From Vicugna vicugna (lineage: Eukaryota), in the NCBI GenBank assembly GCA_013265495.1, contig MU058824.1, positions 3,933,111 through 3,997,110 on the forward strand: a stretch of 64,000 nt of DNA, written 5' to 3'. Positions 22,571-34,999 of this stretch are shown here, one piece after another. Position 1 is the first letter of the stretch; every line of letters starts with the position of its first letter. The translations under genes and the position numbers were made by a program. The notes below the pieces were generated by a model. That model saw only the letters and a program-made list of their open reading frames with translations, had not been told where the DNA came from and ran no database searches.

Positions 22571-25500
22571 CCATGAAACATGACCCTAGCAAGGTGAAAG
22601 AGATGCCATAAAACCTTCTCAGAAGGATTTGAAGTGGTTTGGCTCATGACCTAGGAGACATGGTGGGGATGGGATGGACATGGCGGCAGGAGAGTGTACC
22701 ACAGGCCTGTTCTGCAGCATCTGGACTGGATCTGTTCTGTTTGCCCTGGAGGGACTGTTGGGGTGGGAAGAGGCTGATGAGACTCAGGTCCTGCCCTCCA
22801 GGCCCGCAAACTGGCAGAGCGAGGGTGCAGCACCAGGCATTGACTACCACACATGAGCTAATAAGGAGGCTCAGCAAGGCTCTGGGTTAACTGAGGAGGG
22901 CGCATTCCAGCAGGGAGATCAGCGAAGGCTTCAGAGAAGGGCTTGTTCTCTGGACTAAGAGGGATGCTCCCAGAGAAAGCTGAGGAGGTGCCGCACTCAA
23001 GTAGGCAAAGCCCCCTGGACAAGCCCCCTCTCCTGGGCCTCAGTGTCCCAGTGACAGGGCTGCCTCAGGGGACATGAAGGCCCTCCTGGACCAGACATCG
23101 GCAGATTCAGGCCATCACTTTCCCCTTAGAGTCAACACCCAGGGCAGCAAGTTATATCCTCCTCAGTAACTGCAGCTCTTACTTGGGACCTCCCCCGACC
23201 CTGGGACGTAAGCCACAGTTCTTCTCTCTTGCTTTATAAGATGCTCAGCACTATTGTGCCCACACAGAGATTGGATAAAGACTTTCATGTGTTTTAGTAA
23301 CTTATTGTCATTTTGACTGGCCCAGAGAAGATTTTCATGATGATGATGAGAATATTAAAATCACTCTCTAGCTGTGTGTCTTTGGGAAAGTCACACCCTC
23401 TCAGGGCCTTAATTTGCTCCTCAGTAAAATAGGGGTGTCAGCCCCATCTGGCCCCCACACTGGAACTGTGTAAAGTGCTAAGTCCAGGGGGCAGCTGATA
23501 GAGGAGGACACCTGGCGCAGGAGTGGCGGTGGGGAGAGATGAAACTAGTGGCCAGAGTGCCAGACAGGATCTGGTCTGCTCTTTCAGCTTCTTGATAGCT
23601 GGAGACAGCTGTGATAGTCTGGAACACCTTATGAGTGGTGGTGGGGAGAGGGGTTACAACATTTCCCTCCCTGGTCCATGTGGTCAGATACAGACAGGGC
23701 TGGTTTCCATCTCAGCCCACCATGCAGGAGGCCCTCTTATTCCATGCGTGAAGCCTTTAGCAGGCAAAGGGAGCCCCACAGGGAGAGGTACTGCTCATCG
23801 TAGACCAAGCCCCATTGAGCTCAGAAGAGTCCACAGAATCAAAGCCATAAGTTTTTGCCTCCTTTTCTTCTCGCGCCTGACCTCTGTTCTTACTGAATAA
23901 GAACTGGAGGAATTGAAGCACCTCTGAGCTGAGCTGCCCACTCTGGGGGTTCCCTTCAGCTCTAGGAAGGTGACCCTCTAAAGTGAGGAACCCCTGAATC
24001 CTGGTTTCAGAGCAAAGCTGATGCAGAGAAGCCCACTGATGCCTGGGAGGCACGGTGTCCAGGAGCACTGTGGCCAGGGCTGTCTGGGCCATCATTCTGC
24101 AAGGTGGACACCTCCACCCAGCAACCACCAAGGGGTGATGAGGCCAGGGGACCGCCTGATACAACCACGGATAAAGCTGCGAGCCCCTCATCTCCAGGAC
24201 CACATCTAATTCCTGGGTCCAAGCCCAGTGTCTGGCACTCAGGAAGTGCTCCACCAGGTTTGCTGAGTGAATAAGGAAATGCACCAAAGGACAACAGAAT
24301 TGATGAGAGGGAAAAAGCAGCATCACTTGAACACCTGGGACAAGCTGGGTGCTCCTCGTAGGTGACCTCACTTTACTCCCAACCAACAAGCCCAGAACAA
24401 GATGATCCAACTGAAGCTCAAAGGAAAGCTTCATAGCCAGTAACAGATGGGGCTGTCTCTACCCAGAATCCACATGAAGAGTGTCATGAGGCAGGGTGCG
24501 AATCTCCAGCCTGGCTCAAGGGAGGTGCGCAGCTGGCTTGTGAGGTGTCCCCTGTGGGCTGGAGCCACGTTGGTGTCCCCTGGTCAGCGGCTGAGGTAGA
24601 CTGAAGCAGACAAGTCCCAGGTGGAGTTCAGGGCCAGGAACCCTCAGAGGCGGAGCCCCTCCCCACAGGCAGCTCCCACCTCCCCACGCTGGCTGTCCTA
24701 GGAGAGGTGCCCACCCTGCATTGCTGGCAGAGGGCTTCAACAGAGTCCCTGGGCCAAGCAAACCCTGAGGTCCCCAAACTTTCCACTTCCATAAAGTGCT
24801 CTGATCTTGTCAAATTGCTACCAGAGGAGTCATAGCTGAGTGAACACTTGCCAGGTTCCTGCGGCTCTCCCGAGAGCTGTCACCGTCCTCATCCATCATA
24901 ATTGAAGCAGTCCACCTGCTCCAGGCCCATCTTTCAACTGCAATGATGGCTGAGATGCGATAGATGTGTCTTGTCATCACCTTGACTTTTTTTTTGGAGA
25001 ACGCAAAGGTCAGAAGGGCTCCTAGGGAGGGTGAAGCCTTGATCTCGGGGTGGAGGGCTGACCACCTTTCCCACTGAGCAGCAGTCCTCACCATTGCTAT
25101 CTGCTATGGCCCTCCAGCTGCCTCCTTCCATCAGGTCCAGAGGAGAGCCAGAGACTCTCATCACCCCAAGACCCCAAGTTCCTGCATCTACCTGCCATCT
25201 CTGGTTCTGCAGAGACAGACTTCAGGGGGCCAACAGGATTTGGCACTGACTTCCAAGACCCCCAGACTTGACATGATCCTAAGATACAAACTTTTGCATG
25301 TGCCTCCACTCAGTCCATCCCTGTGACCACTGGACTGGCCTTGGATCTGTTTGTCTAGTAAGAGAAATGGTTATCACTGGTTATCTGTACTCAAGTCTAT
25401 TAATGATCAGGGGGTCATAATAGGTGCAGAGAGACAGACAGGTTGTCCTGCCTCCAGGACTCCAGCCCTAGCCCAGCCAGAGTGGACTTTCTGAGCAGAG

Positions 25501-25649
25501 CTGCCTGTTCACGGTCCCCCTGCTCAGAGGCCACCAGGGCTCCCTCTGCCTGCAGAATAAAGACTATACCCCAAGCCTTGACACCAAAAGCACCAAACAA
25601 GCAGGCAGTTAAGGGCCCCTAAAAGAATCAGTGCCTGCTTAGTTTAAGA

Positions 25650-25848
25650 AAGAATTCATTTTTCACAGTTAGAGATGTTCTAAGATACAAAGGAAGGTCA
25701 AGGGAAGAATGAGCTCCCTGCCTCCAGAGGCACTCAAGTGCTGCAGAATATTTCCTGGAAGGCTGCTGCTGGGACTCTAGAACGGGTTCAGATGGGGAGG
25801 GGACTAGAATGACGTGGCTCTTCATGTGCCTCCAACTTGAGTTCTCTC
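25650..25848 (+). mobile_element. CR1/L3 LINE 3' end
   Basis: gagctccctgcctccagaggcactcaag...ggactagaatgac...tgcctccaacttgagttct matches the L3 terminus. Confidence 0.6.
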
Positions 25849-27129
25849 ACACCCGCTCTTCAGCCTCATCTCCCCTTGTGACTCCTCCAGGCCCTCATGA
25901 AGTTTCTTCTGTGTGGAGCACCGTTCTCCTCTGCTACCTGCGGGACCCCTTCTCAGCTATTCTGTGATTCAACATTTCATTTGCTGTTCTGGGGATACGG
26001 GGATTACTGAAATATTGTCCCTGTTTCCAGAACCTCAATCAGCTATCTCCTTCCTCCCATCCGTTAAGAACAACTGGCCCCTGTCCTGCCATCCCTCAGG
26101 CCGTGAGCAGCCACAGGGCTTCTGTCTGCCCCTCTTGCCCAGAGCCCCCCGGATGGGGTGAGGAGAGGGAGGGGGAGGCCAGGCAGCAGATCACATGGGC
26201 TCTGCACAGGGAACCAAGGAGCCCCCCACAGTCACAGGTTCATACTGAGCCCCTCCAGACCTCAGAATATTCAAGAGTCAGGTCCCTGGTATCAGTCAAT
26301 CGTTTAGGGACTCAGGCAAATCCATTTATTCTCCCCAGATCTGGGTCACAGCCCCTTGCCTTATCTGGAGAGGTCAAGCCCTAACAGACAGAGGAATCGG
26401 GACCTCGTGCCTCGTAACACCCCATCTCCATTGTGCATGTGACTCTAGCCTTGAAGCCATAATCATCTTGGAAATTTGTGGCATTTCTCCCAACAATGAG
26501 ATTTCAGAGCAAATGTATTCTCCTCGTTGGTGTCACATCCTATCTACCCCAGCCCACCCAAAAAGGGTTCTGGAATCCCAAGGAGGTGCCCACAGGCTGG
26601 GCAGAGGGAGGCTCAGAGCGGGAGAGGCTGGACGAGTGATGCCTCACACAGCGCCTGACTCACAGAGGTACTTAATACATTTTGGTCATTATTACTACCC
26701 CATTTGAAAAATAAGGACACTGAACTTACATCCTTTGTCTGGAGCTCCACAGCTGGAAAGTGGAAGAGCCAAAACTTGAGCCAGATAGGACTCCAAGCCC
26801 ACCCTCTGGGATCTACTGACAAGTCTCAGAGTTCTTTCTGGGGTCAATCCCTGAGATGGCAGTATGATGGGAGAGGATTGAGACCCTTGTTTTATGAAAA
26901 GTCCTCTTTCCAGGTGCACAGGCATTTGTGAATATTCGTCTTGGCACCAGAGTAGCACACTTGGCCTCTGAATAGATAGAGAGGCCTCCCTGAAAACAGA
27001 TGTTAGCTGTTTGGATTACAGTGCAGACCAGGGTTTCCTCACCTTGGTTCCATGGGGTTCCCCCAACCCCCTCTGCCATCCTCACAGCTGCCTCTGCTCC
27101 CTCTTCCCTCTGCCTCCATCCAGGGGGTC

Positions 27130-27550
27130 AGAAGTAGGTCCCACAGCTCCCAGGTCCTCAGGCCTCACCACCTCTCATCTGGACATTGCAGTAGCTTCTT
27201 CCCTGCCTCCTGCCTCCCCTCCAGGCCGTGCTCCACACACAGCCTGCCACCTTCCCAAAGTTTCAGAATGCACCCAACCTTGTCACTTCCCTGCTGAGAA
27301 CCCTTCCGCGTGGGCTGTGTTCATTGGACACAGGGCCCTGCATATCAGGCTCCCATCTGCTTTCCTGCCTCCTCTTCCCCCATCTCTACCACTCAGCCAC
27401 CTCCTGTCCATGGGCTGTTTCATTTGCTATTCCCTCTGGATGTCACCACATTTGTCCCCTGCATCGTCAGCCTGTGAACACACTGAGAGCAGCCTGAGGC
27501 TTGGTCATCTCTAATTCCCCAGCACCTGGCACTGAGGGCAGTCAATATTT
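27130..27550 (+). mobile_element. L2 fragment
   Basis: caggcctcaccacctctcatctggacattgcagtagc...ttcccagcacctggcac. Confidence 0.7.
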
Positions 27551-28232
27551 TAGAAACAATTTCATGATAGTCATTCTGCCTTAATTTTGTGTAGTACTAT
27601 ACTTATAAAAGCATGTTTCTATCAATTACTTCATTTTAGCCTGAAATTTCTCCTCCCATGATGGTAGACCAAATATTATTCCCATTTGATGGATGAGAAA
27701 TTGAAGTTCAACAAGGTTAAGTGCCCCTCCCTGCCCCAAGAGCACATAACCAATCAGTATCAGGGCCTGACCCTACCTCAGGGGCTCTGAATCCCATTCT
27801 GCTGGCATGTTCCATCACACCAACATTTTCTAGGTATGGCTAGAAATCTTTGAAAAACACCAAGGCATAGGGATGTTGACTGTGGCCTGAAAAACACTAT
27901 TCCGGTTTTTTGAAAGAGAAATAAAAGGATGGCCCAAACCAGAGATCAGTGACCTGGACATTGACCCAGGCAAGACTGGCGGTTGTGGGCAGCCAGAAAA
28001 GGCAGACATCAGTAGGAGGTGGCAGGACTTGGGTGAGACCTCAGCGTCCACATTTACCAAAGTGAATGTTCATAGACAATTACAATCAACCACAAAAATC
28101 TGTGATTCCACCAGGAAGCAGAATTTGATGTATTTCCTGGTCAGTTACCTTCGGACTCTACAAGTTCCCTGGGTTCTTACCCTCCCTGTCTCCTAAGTGT
28201 TCAGTGATTGTCTTAGCTGACTTCTTTTAGTC

Positions 28233-28256
28233 GTGTGTGTGTGTGTGTGTGTGTGT
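28233..28256 (+). repeat. (GT)12 microsatellite
   Basis: Direct read. Confidence 0.98.
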
Positions 28257-29254
28257 AAAATCCTCTCAATTACCCAGTACCAGCTGCCCCAACCAGGGAC
28301 TCAGGTCCTGTTTCTTAATGATGATTGATGGCTCTGAAGATGCAGCAGATCAATAAGGTCTGAATTCCTAAACTCTTGACAAGAGCTGGAGAGAACACAC
28401 ATCTCAATGCCTGCCACACAAAGCAGAAGGGGGCCCTGTCCCTCACCCTCCACTTCCTTCCATGGTCAGATCAACCAGAAACAGGGCCTCGAGGGGTCAC
28501 TGAGAGATGGCACATCAAACGTGGTCTGCAGTGTGGCAACAATTCCTTCATTCACTCAATAAATATTTAGCCCTATTATCTGTAAAGGATTGTACTGAGC
28601 TCTGCTATGTGCCAGGCATTACACTCAGCTCTTGAATGCATCCTCTCATTCAGTCCACATGCAACCCAATGAGGAGCCATTATTATCATCCCTGTTTGAC
28701 ATATGGAAAGGGGAAGCCCAGGTGGGGTCTTTTGGCCAAGGTCACAGAGCTAGGAAGTGTTGGAGGCAGGATCTGGGGCAAGAGTCCTCACCCTGTCACA
28801 GATAAAGCTTCACAGGAAGGAGAGATGACCTGGCCGTGGAGAGAGAGAGATGTAATTAGGGAAGATGAGGCTGGTGAGCCAGATTGCCAAGGACAAATTG
28901 AATTGGGGTAGGGGGGACAAGTATTCTTGCCAGATCCCATAACCGGAGCAAGGGCAGGAAAGACAGGCTAGAACCCAGTTTCAGGAAATGGGGAGAGTAG
29001 GTGGGTTCTCAGAGAGCAGAGGTCCCAAGGAGAGGGACCATAGCAGGATGATGTTGGGAAAGTAGTTGAGGGCCAAGTGAGGCAAGACCTAGGAGCAGTG
29101 TTTTCCCGAGTGGGGAATAGGGAGCCACAGAAGGCAAGGTCCCCACACAAGACAGGGTCACTGCCAGGGCTGTGAATCCATAAGAGCAACCTAGAGGTTG
29201 GCCTCAACAGCAAGGCAGAATGAGAGAGATCGAGCCAGAGATGGGGAGAATGGC

Positions 29255-29870
29255 ACGTTTGTCGCCTGGCCCCAGCCGCGGGGCCTGGGCTGTACTGGGT
29301 GGGTTGTGCCAGGCTGCAGCGCCCGGCCGGCTCTGGGGCGGGCAGGTAGCCAGGGCCCCGCGGGCGGCTGGGGAGGCCGCTGCGGGGCGGCAGGCGGGAG
29401 GCTCCCCCTCGACAGGTAAGTGATTGGATTAAGAGGCCTGTCTGACAGGATGTCCGTTCAGCCGGGGAGGCTAATCAACTTCCCCATCCTGTCTGCTAAT
29501 AAATCCTGCTCCGGGGACCACTCTGCCTGATGATCTCTCCTCAGGGACCGCCGCAGACTTCTCCCGGAGAACACTCCCGCAGTCTATTAAGGAGCCGCCT
29601 CGCGCCTGTCAGGCCCGCCGTCCCGGGGAGTCTCGGGAGGTGCCCATCACCCAGGTGCGCCCGCTCCGAGGCAGCCCGCTGGGGCCGCGGGGCTCACGAC
29701 GACACGAGCCATTGTTCTGCTGCCGTGGGGCTGACAGTGCGCCCGGGTCCCCGCTCCGCCAGGGGCCGCGCCCGGCGCGGGGGCCTCTGCTTCCTCCTCC
29801 GGGCAGCGGCCCAGCCCGCGCTCGGTCTCCTGGAGGGCTCCGCGTGCATAAATTAGGAGGCGGCAATTGT
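29255..29870. promoter_or_regulatory. Orphan CpG island (candidate poised enhancer or lncRNA promoter)
   Basis: Very GC-rich ~600 bp with dense CpG, unlike the CpG-depleted flanks; GC boxes, reverse CCAAT (29423), consensus splice donor CAG|GTAAGT (29413-29421); no credible ORF. Confidence 0.85.
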
Positions 29871-30166
29871 TGGACCTATAATATCTATAGAGAAGACGTA
29901 TAAATAAATTAAAGCTTTAATTATTTTCTTGGATTCGTTGCAGCTCAAGAGAGCTGGCGGAAAGCTGTCGGGGAAGGCCTGACTCTCTCCAGAAGCTGCT
30001 CTAGTTTGCTTAGTTGCAGTAATTTCTTTTTTCCTTTCTTTCCCCCACCAGCCAAAAGGCACCAGGGGGGCTGAGAAACAATCTCCTTTGCTGCTCAAGA
30101 TAAAAAGTCCAAGCCTTTTGACTTGTAGACCCAGCTGCTTCCAAAATAGGATGCATCCCCACCCCC

Positions 30167-30167
<1 letters not shown>

Positions 30168-30209
<42 letters not shown>
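30168..30209 (+). repeat. (AC)21 microsatellite
   Basis: Direct read. Confidence 0.98.
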
Positions 30210-30211
<2 letters not shown>

Positions 30212-30554
30212 CTCCACCACCAGCTTTCTTTTTTGTGAACAGTGTCTATGGGCAGAGTTCAATCCCACATTTTCATCAGATCGGGAAGAACCTCCAAGGG
30301 CATTATTAAATATGTGAAATATGCCAGAAATATTCAAGCAACCCCCATCTGGCCCTGAGAGGAAAGAAAAAAGGACTGGGAAAGTAATAAAGTGTGTTTA
30401 TTTTTTAATCTAGATGACATGTTTTACATCATTAAAAAGGACAATTATTTTTAAAATTCAGCCTGCATGCTTCAGTGGTTCGGGAGTTCTGCCACCATGG
30501 AATCCATCAGAACCTCCCTCCACAGCCAGGCCTGGGTCCATCCTCAGGGCCAAG

Positions 30555-30612
30555 TCACATTCTTAAACATTCAAAACCACAGGAGCAATTGTGAGTCATC
30601 TCTGAGTCACCT
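30555..30612. promoter_or_regulatory. AP-1/RUNX motif cluster
   Basis: TGAGTCA at 30592-30598 and 30603-30609; AACCACA at 30575-30581. Confidence 0.35.
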
Positions 30613-30999
30613 ATCCCAGGAGAAAGGGATTTCTGATCTCACAACTCAAAGGACCCTAAGCTCAGGCAAATGAATTTCAATGGGTGATGGAGGTTAGACA
30701 GGGTTCACAATGCCCAAACCTTGGCCAAATCACCAATATCTTTGAAACAAAGTACCAGTTGTCCCATTATGAAAACCCTGCTGATGGCTCTCCAAAGTAA
30801 ATCTCACCTCTGTTGTCACTGGTCCAGGCTCACATCCTAGTGAGGGAAGAAGCTGGGACTTCCACCTCATTATCTGAGGCCAAACCCAGGCTTCTCTCCA
30901 GGACACCCAAGAGCCAGTTCCTGAAACTATTCCTCTCCCCCGTCCCTTGGCTTCTTGGTCTGCTCTGAACACAGGCCAGAAGTTGGTATGGTTAAGTGT

Positions 31000-31560
31000 A
31001 GATCTGCTTAAAAGCACACATCCATTTTGACTCAGCAAATGGATTTCTAGGAATGCCTAGAAATACAAGCAAGTCACCGAAAAAAAATATGTGAATATCA
31101 GCCTTAGTGATGTTCACCATGGCATTATTTATGTTAGGTTAAACCATATGAAACTGCCATTTCTTAGGTCAGGAATACCCCAATGTCAGAAATTTCATAT
31201 GGTTGAGTTTAATAATATAAAAGAATTAGAAATACCTAAACACCCATTAATGGGGATAGTTGGCTGGATTTAAATGACTGCTGGAAGACTACTTAGCTGC
31301 TGGAAATGATGTCCAGAAGTATACTTAGTAGGATGTAAAGATTTCTGAATTATTCTCAGTAAAAAAATAATGTATACCACCTGATCCCTCTTCTGTAAAA
31401 ATGAAAAATAAATACACAGAGTTAAGGATAGACCCAGAATGTTAGGAGGGTTTTCCCTTGATATTTGGATTCTATATGATTTTTATTTTCTTCTTTTTGT
31501 TTATCTGTATTTTCTGACTTTTATAACAAATGTGCACTGTTTTATAATAATAAAAGTAAG
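31000..31560 (+). mobile_element. Old L1 (L1ME-like) 3' fragment
   Basis: ttgactcagcaaat...tgttcaccatggcattattt...ttttattttcttctttttgtttatctgtattttc. Confidence 0.6.
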
Positions 31561-33859
31561 CAGTATAGTGTTTCACACACACGCACACACACAATAATAA
31601 AGTGTGTGTCCCAGAGCTCAATCTGAGGTGCTGACCAAAGCTGAAGAGAGGAGACTGCCCAGCCTGAACCCAGACCAGAACACACGCCTCACCTCTACTC
31701 TGTTGCCTGCTGGAGGCAGGCAGAGGAGGTGGGACAGGAACTCGGAGAAGGGGCAGTGGCCTAGGGTGGTGCTGAATCGCCCTCTTGGGTCAAGTGATCT
31801 GGGCACCTGTCAGCACCGTGGGAGCTCCCTGGCTGCCTCGGTCAGGCCTGGCCTTAGGGCAGAAGCAAGAGGAGTAAGAAGCACACATACAAAGGTGGGC
31901 TCCACTGGAAGAGAAGCTGGATTTCTAGCATCTGAGTGTGACTCCAAGAAAGGCAGAGTGGATGAAGTAAGGTCAGTCACAGACCCACCCTGGACTCACC
32001 AAGTGCTCTGTCTCAATGTGGCCAGATAACATTCCAGCTATTCGCTGGGGTGCTTGCTTCCACATTTCCTTATAACTTTTGCTCTTGCCTGACTCACACT
32101 GCACAATAGGCGATAAGGTTATTTCAGCAGAAGCAGAGAGCAATTAAAAAGAACCAGGGGAAAAGGTTTAAGACAAAAGGATTGTCTTTTGTCAGAGTCA
32201 TTTTTTTTCTACCCCAAAGGACATTAAAAATTCCCTGAGCTGTGAGAGAGAAGAGGGTCAGAGGTTAGACGCTGCCTTCTCCCCGCTGAGCCTGGGATTA
32301 CAGGGCTAACAGAAATCTCAGGTAGGTTTGAAGAGATCTGAAAGTCGACAAGACCTGGGCCTCTTCCCTGGGGGAGGCCAGGGAGGCACAAGGCTGGGAG
32401 GCTCCCCATGTGTGAGTGTGGGCAGGAGGGACAGAGTAGCAACGGCTGTGGGTGGTGTGCCTGAGCAGAGAAGGCCTTGGGGAGACTTGTGAAGCTTCCC
32501 GCCACAGGAGCGAGCAGCTGGATTTTCCGTGTCTCTTAGGGGCCTCTAATGTAGCTGAGATTACACATCTAGAGAAGTCTGTCTTGGGTGGGAGGGATGG
32601 TGGAGGGCACCATCCCTGAGAATTGTGTATCTCATGGGCTGACAGCCAGGGTGGGGGTCTCCTGGAACACAGACAGCAAGCCCCCAGCTCATTTTGCAGA
32701 GGCCATAAGTGAGCTCCCACCCAAAATTGAGACACAGTCTGACTGATGAAGACTAGGGAGAGAAACTCCAAAGTAATGAGATCACTCCCAATTCACTGAG
32801 ACTAGCCATGCAGCTGAACGACAGCACAAAAGAGAAAGAAAGCCCCATGGGGAAAGATAAAGTCTTCTTTCTTATAACCTGAGTGTGTGGCCTGAGATTG
32901 GATGAAAGGATGATAAGGTCCCACTGAGCACCATGTTCTGTGAGTCTGCACCTTCTCGGGCATTCAGGCAGCCAAGAGGCAGAAAAGGCTAGGCATGGAC
33001 AGGGATGAATAGATGGAGACGGCAGGCCAACCTAGACTCAGAAGAGCCCTTGGAGGTGATTTGGTCTGACACCTTGGCTGGACAAGTGGCAGAGAGAACA
33101 AGGAGATGCTTAGGGTACCAGATAAGCTCATGGCAGAGCCAGGTTTGGAACCCATCTCTTTCTAACCCCAGGTTTTGCAAGTGGCCACAAGACCAACAGA
33201 GTGGGATGGATGGATGGGCACTGCAGAGCCGTCCCTGGGGTGTGTGGCTGGATAGGTGGACAGTTCCCCAGTCCAGGCAGCTCTCAGAGTGCAGCCTTGA
33301 CTTGGGGTCTCCGGGAGCTCATGTGCATGCTGAGCCAGCTGTCTCCAGCCGTGGTGTCCTGCTAATAACCGTGCTAGCTGTCCCCACACATGTCAGCACT
33401 AATCTCCCACACAGCCTTCCAGGACCTGATTTATCAGAATGGAGGGCACGCTCTTAAAGGGTCACAGCCCACCGCGGATCTCCACTCCTTTAGCAGTAAG
33501 TGGCGGAACATATTTTCTCTGCTAACACTACTGTATGTTACAGGATAGATTATTTTAAGAATCAAGACTAAATTGAAACAAGGCAGGCTTGATTTTTTTT
33601 CCCCTAGAACCATGGGAGAGGGTCATCTATCAGCGTGACGCAGTGGGCACAGTACTAGAGAGTGACTGCAAAGCCCAGGGCGAAGGTCTCATTTCCAGCA
33701 CTGATTTGTGACCTTGGGCAAGTCACTTACCCCCCTTGAACCTCAGCCTCCTCATCATTAAAGTGGGGCCACTAGCTCCTGTCTTGGTACACCAGATGGT
33801 CTTACAAATATATCAGGGAAACACAGACTGAACATTTTACCACGAAGGACACGCACACG

Positions 33860-34525
33860 TACACACCACTGGTAAACAGAAAAAACATGTTCAAAATCTC
33901 TAATCATTTTAGAAATACAGATTAAACCAACTAGAGGACATTTTCTCAGTCATCAAATTGACAAAGATTGAAAGGTGAGAAAAGCCAGCATTGGTGACTG
34001 TGGAGAGATGCAGGCACTTTCAAACACTGTGGCTGAGAATATAAATCAGAACGACCTTTGTGGAGGGCAGACTTGACTGTTAAAATGAGCTTACTCTCTG
34101 ATACTGCAAATCCAAACCCAGGAATTTGTCCCAAGAAAATAATTAACTGCGTGAAAAAGATATAAGAACTTTAGGAATTTTATTCCAGAATTAGCTTATA
34201 ATGGGGGAGCAGAGAGGAATAATCCAAATATTTGATCATTAGGGATTGGTTAAAGGTTGTTACAATCATCTGATGGCATATTATGTATCCAATTTAGCTG
34301 CCAAAACCATTAGTGACACAATATTATTCCTTGTTAAGTTTTTAAAGAAGCAGGCTACAAGACAGTATCCAGAGTGAAATCTACTGGGAAAAAAATACTA
34401 GAAGAAAATACACTAAAATATGGACAATGGGGAGTCATTGGGCAATGGCTCATAAGTGACTTTTATTTTCCTCTTCTTGTTTATTTGCATCTTCTACAGT
34501 TCTACAGTTTTAAAACAATGAAAGT
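33860..34525 (+). mobile_element. Old L1 (L1ME-like) 3' fragment
   Basis: aaaaacatgttcaaaatctctaatcattttagaaatacagattaaaccaac...caggcactttcaaacactgtgg. Confidence 0.75.
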
Positions 34526-34999
34526 TATTTATGGTACTAAAAACTATCCTCACTCTTTCTCCTCATGGTGGGAATGAGGATCAAACTGGACACACTAAGG
34601 AAACTGGACCACATAGAGGACTGTGGTTCCACTGTCCTCTCTGAGGCCTCTGCCCTTGGTCAGAGTTGATCACTCCCTATTCAGTGCCTCCATTCACCTG
34701 TTCGTGTTGTTCTCCTGGTACTGACCATACGCTGCTTTCTCTTAGGTTATTTACATACCCATCTCTCCTTGTGGCCTGAGACTTTATTGGTGCAGAAAAC
34801 CACCATGTCTTGCCATCATCACCTGGTCAGGACTTATCCTAGAATCACTTTCCAGTGAATTCCTGATGAATTAAACTAAATGGCCATCAGCTAGAGCTAG
34901 ATCACCTTGGAGCCTCACTACTCAAATCCAATGTTCTAACCCTGTACTCAGGGTAGCAGAAACCCAGACCCAAATGGATACTCTGAAGTCTTCACACAG

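Noticed and set aside
23757..24434. Longest ORF (225 aa, minus strand) as a protein-coding gene
   Set aside because: No recognisable domain, low-information L/P/W-rich composition, partial overlap with L2-like sequence (~24215-24290), and no exon context.
29530..29903. Overlapping ORFs in the CpG island
   Set aside because: R/G/P/A-rich frames on both strands are expected from stop-codon scarcity in GC-rich DNA.
29853..30337. ORFs with CVCVCV or HTHTHT runs
   Set aside because: These are translations of the (AC)21 microsatellite.
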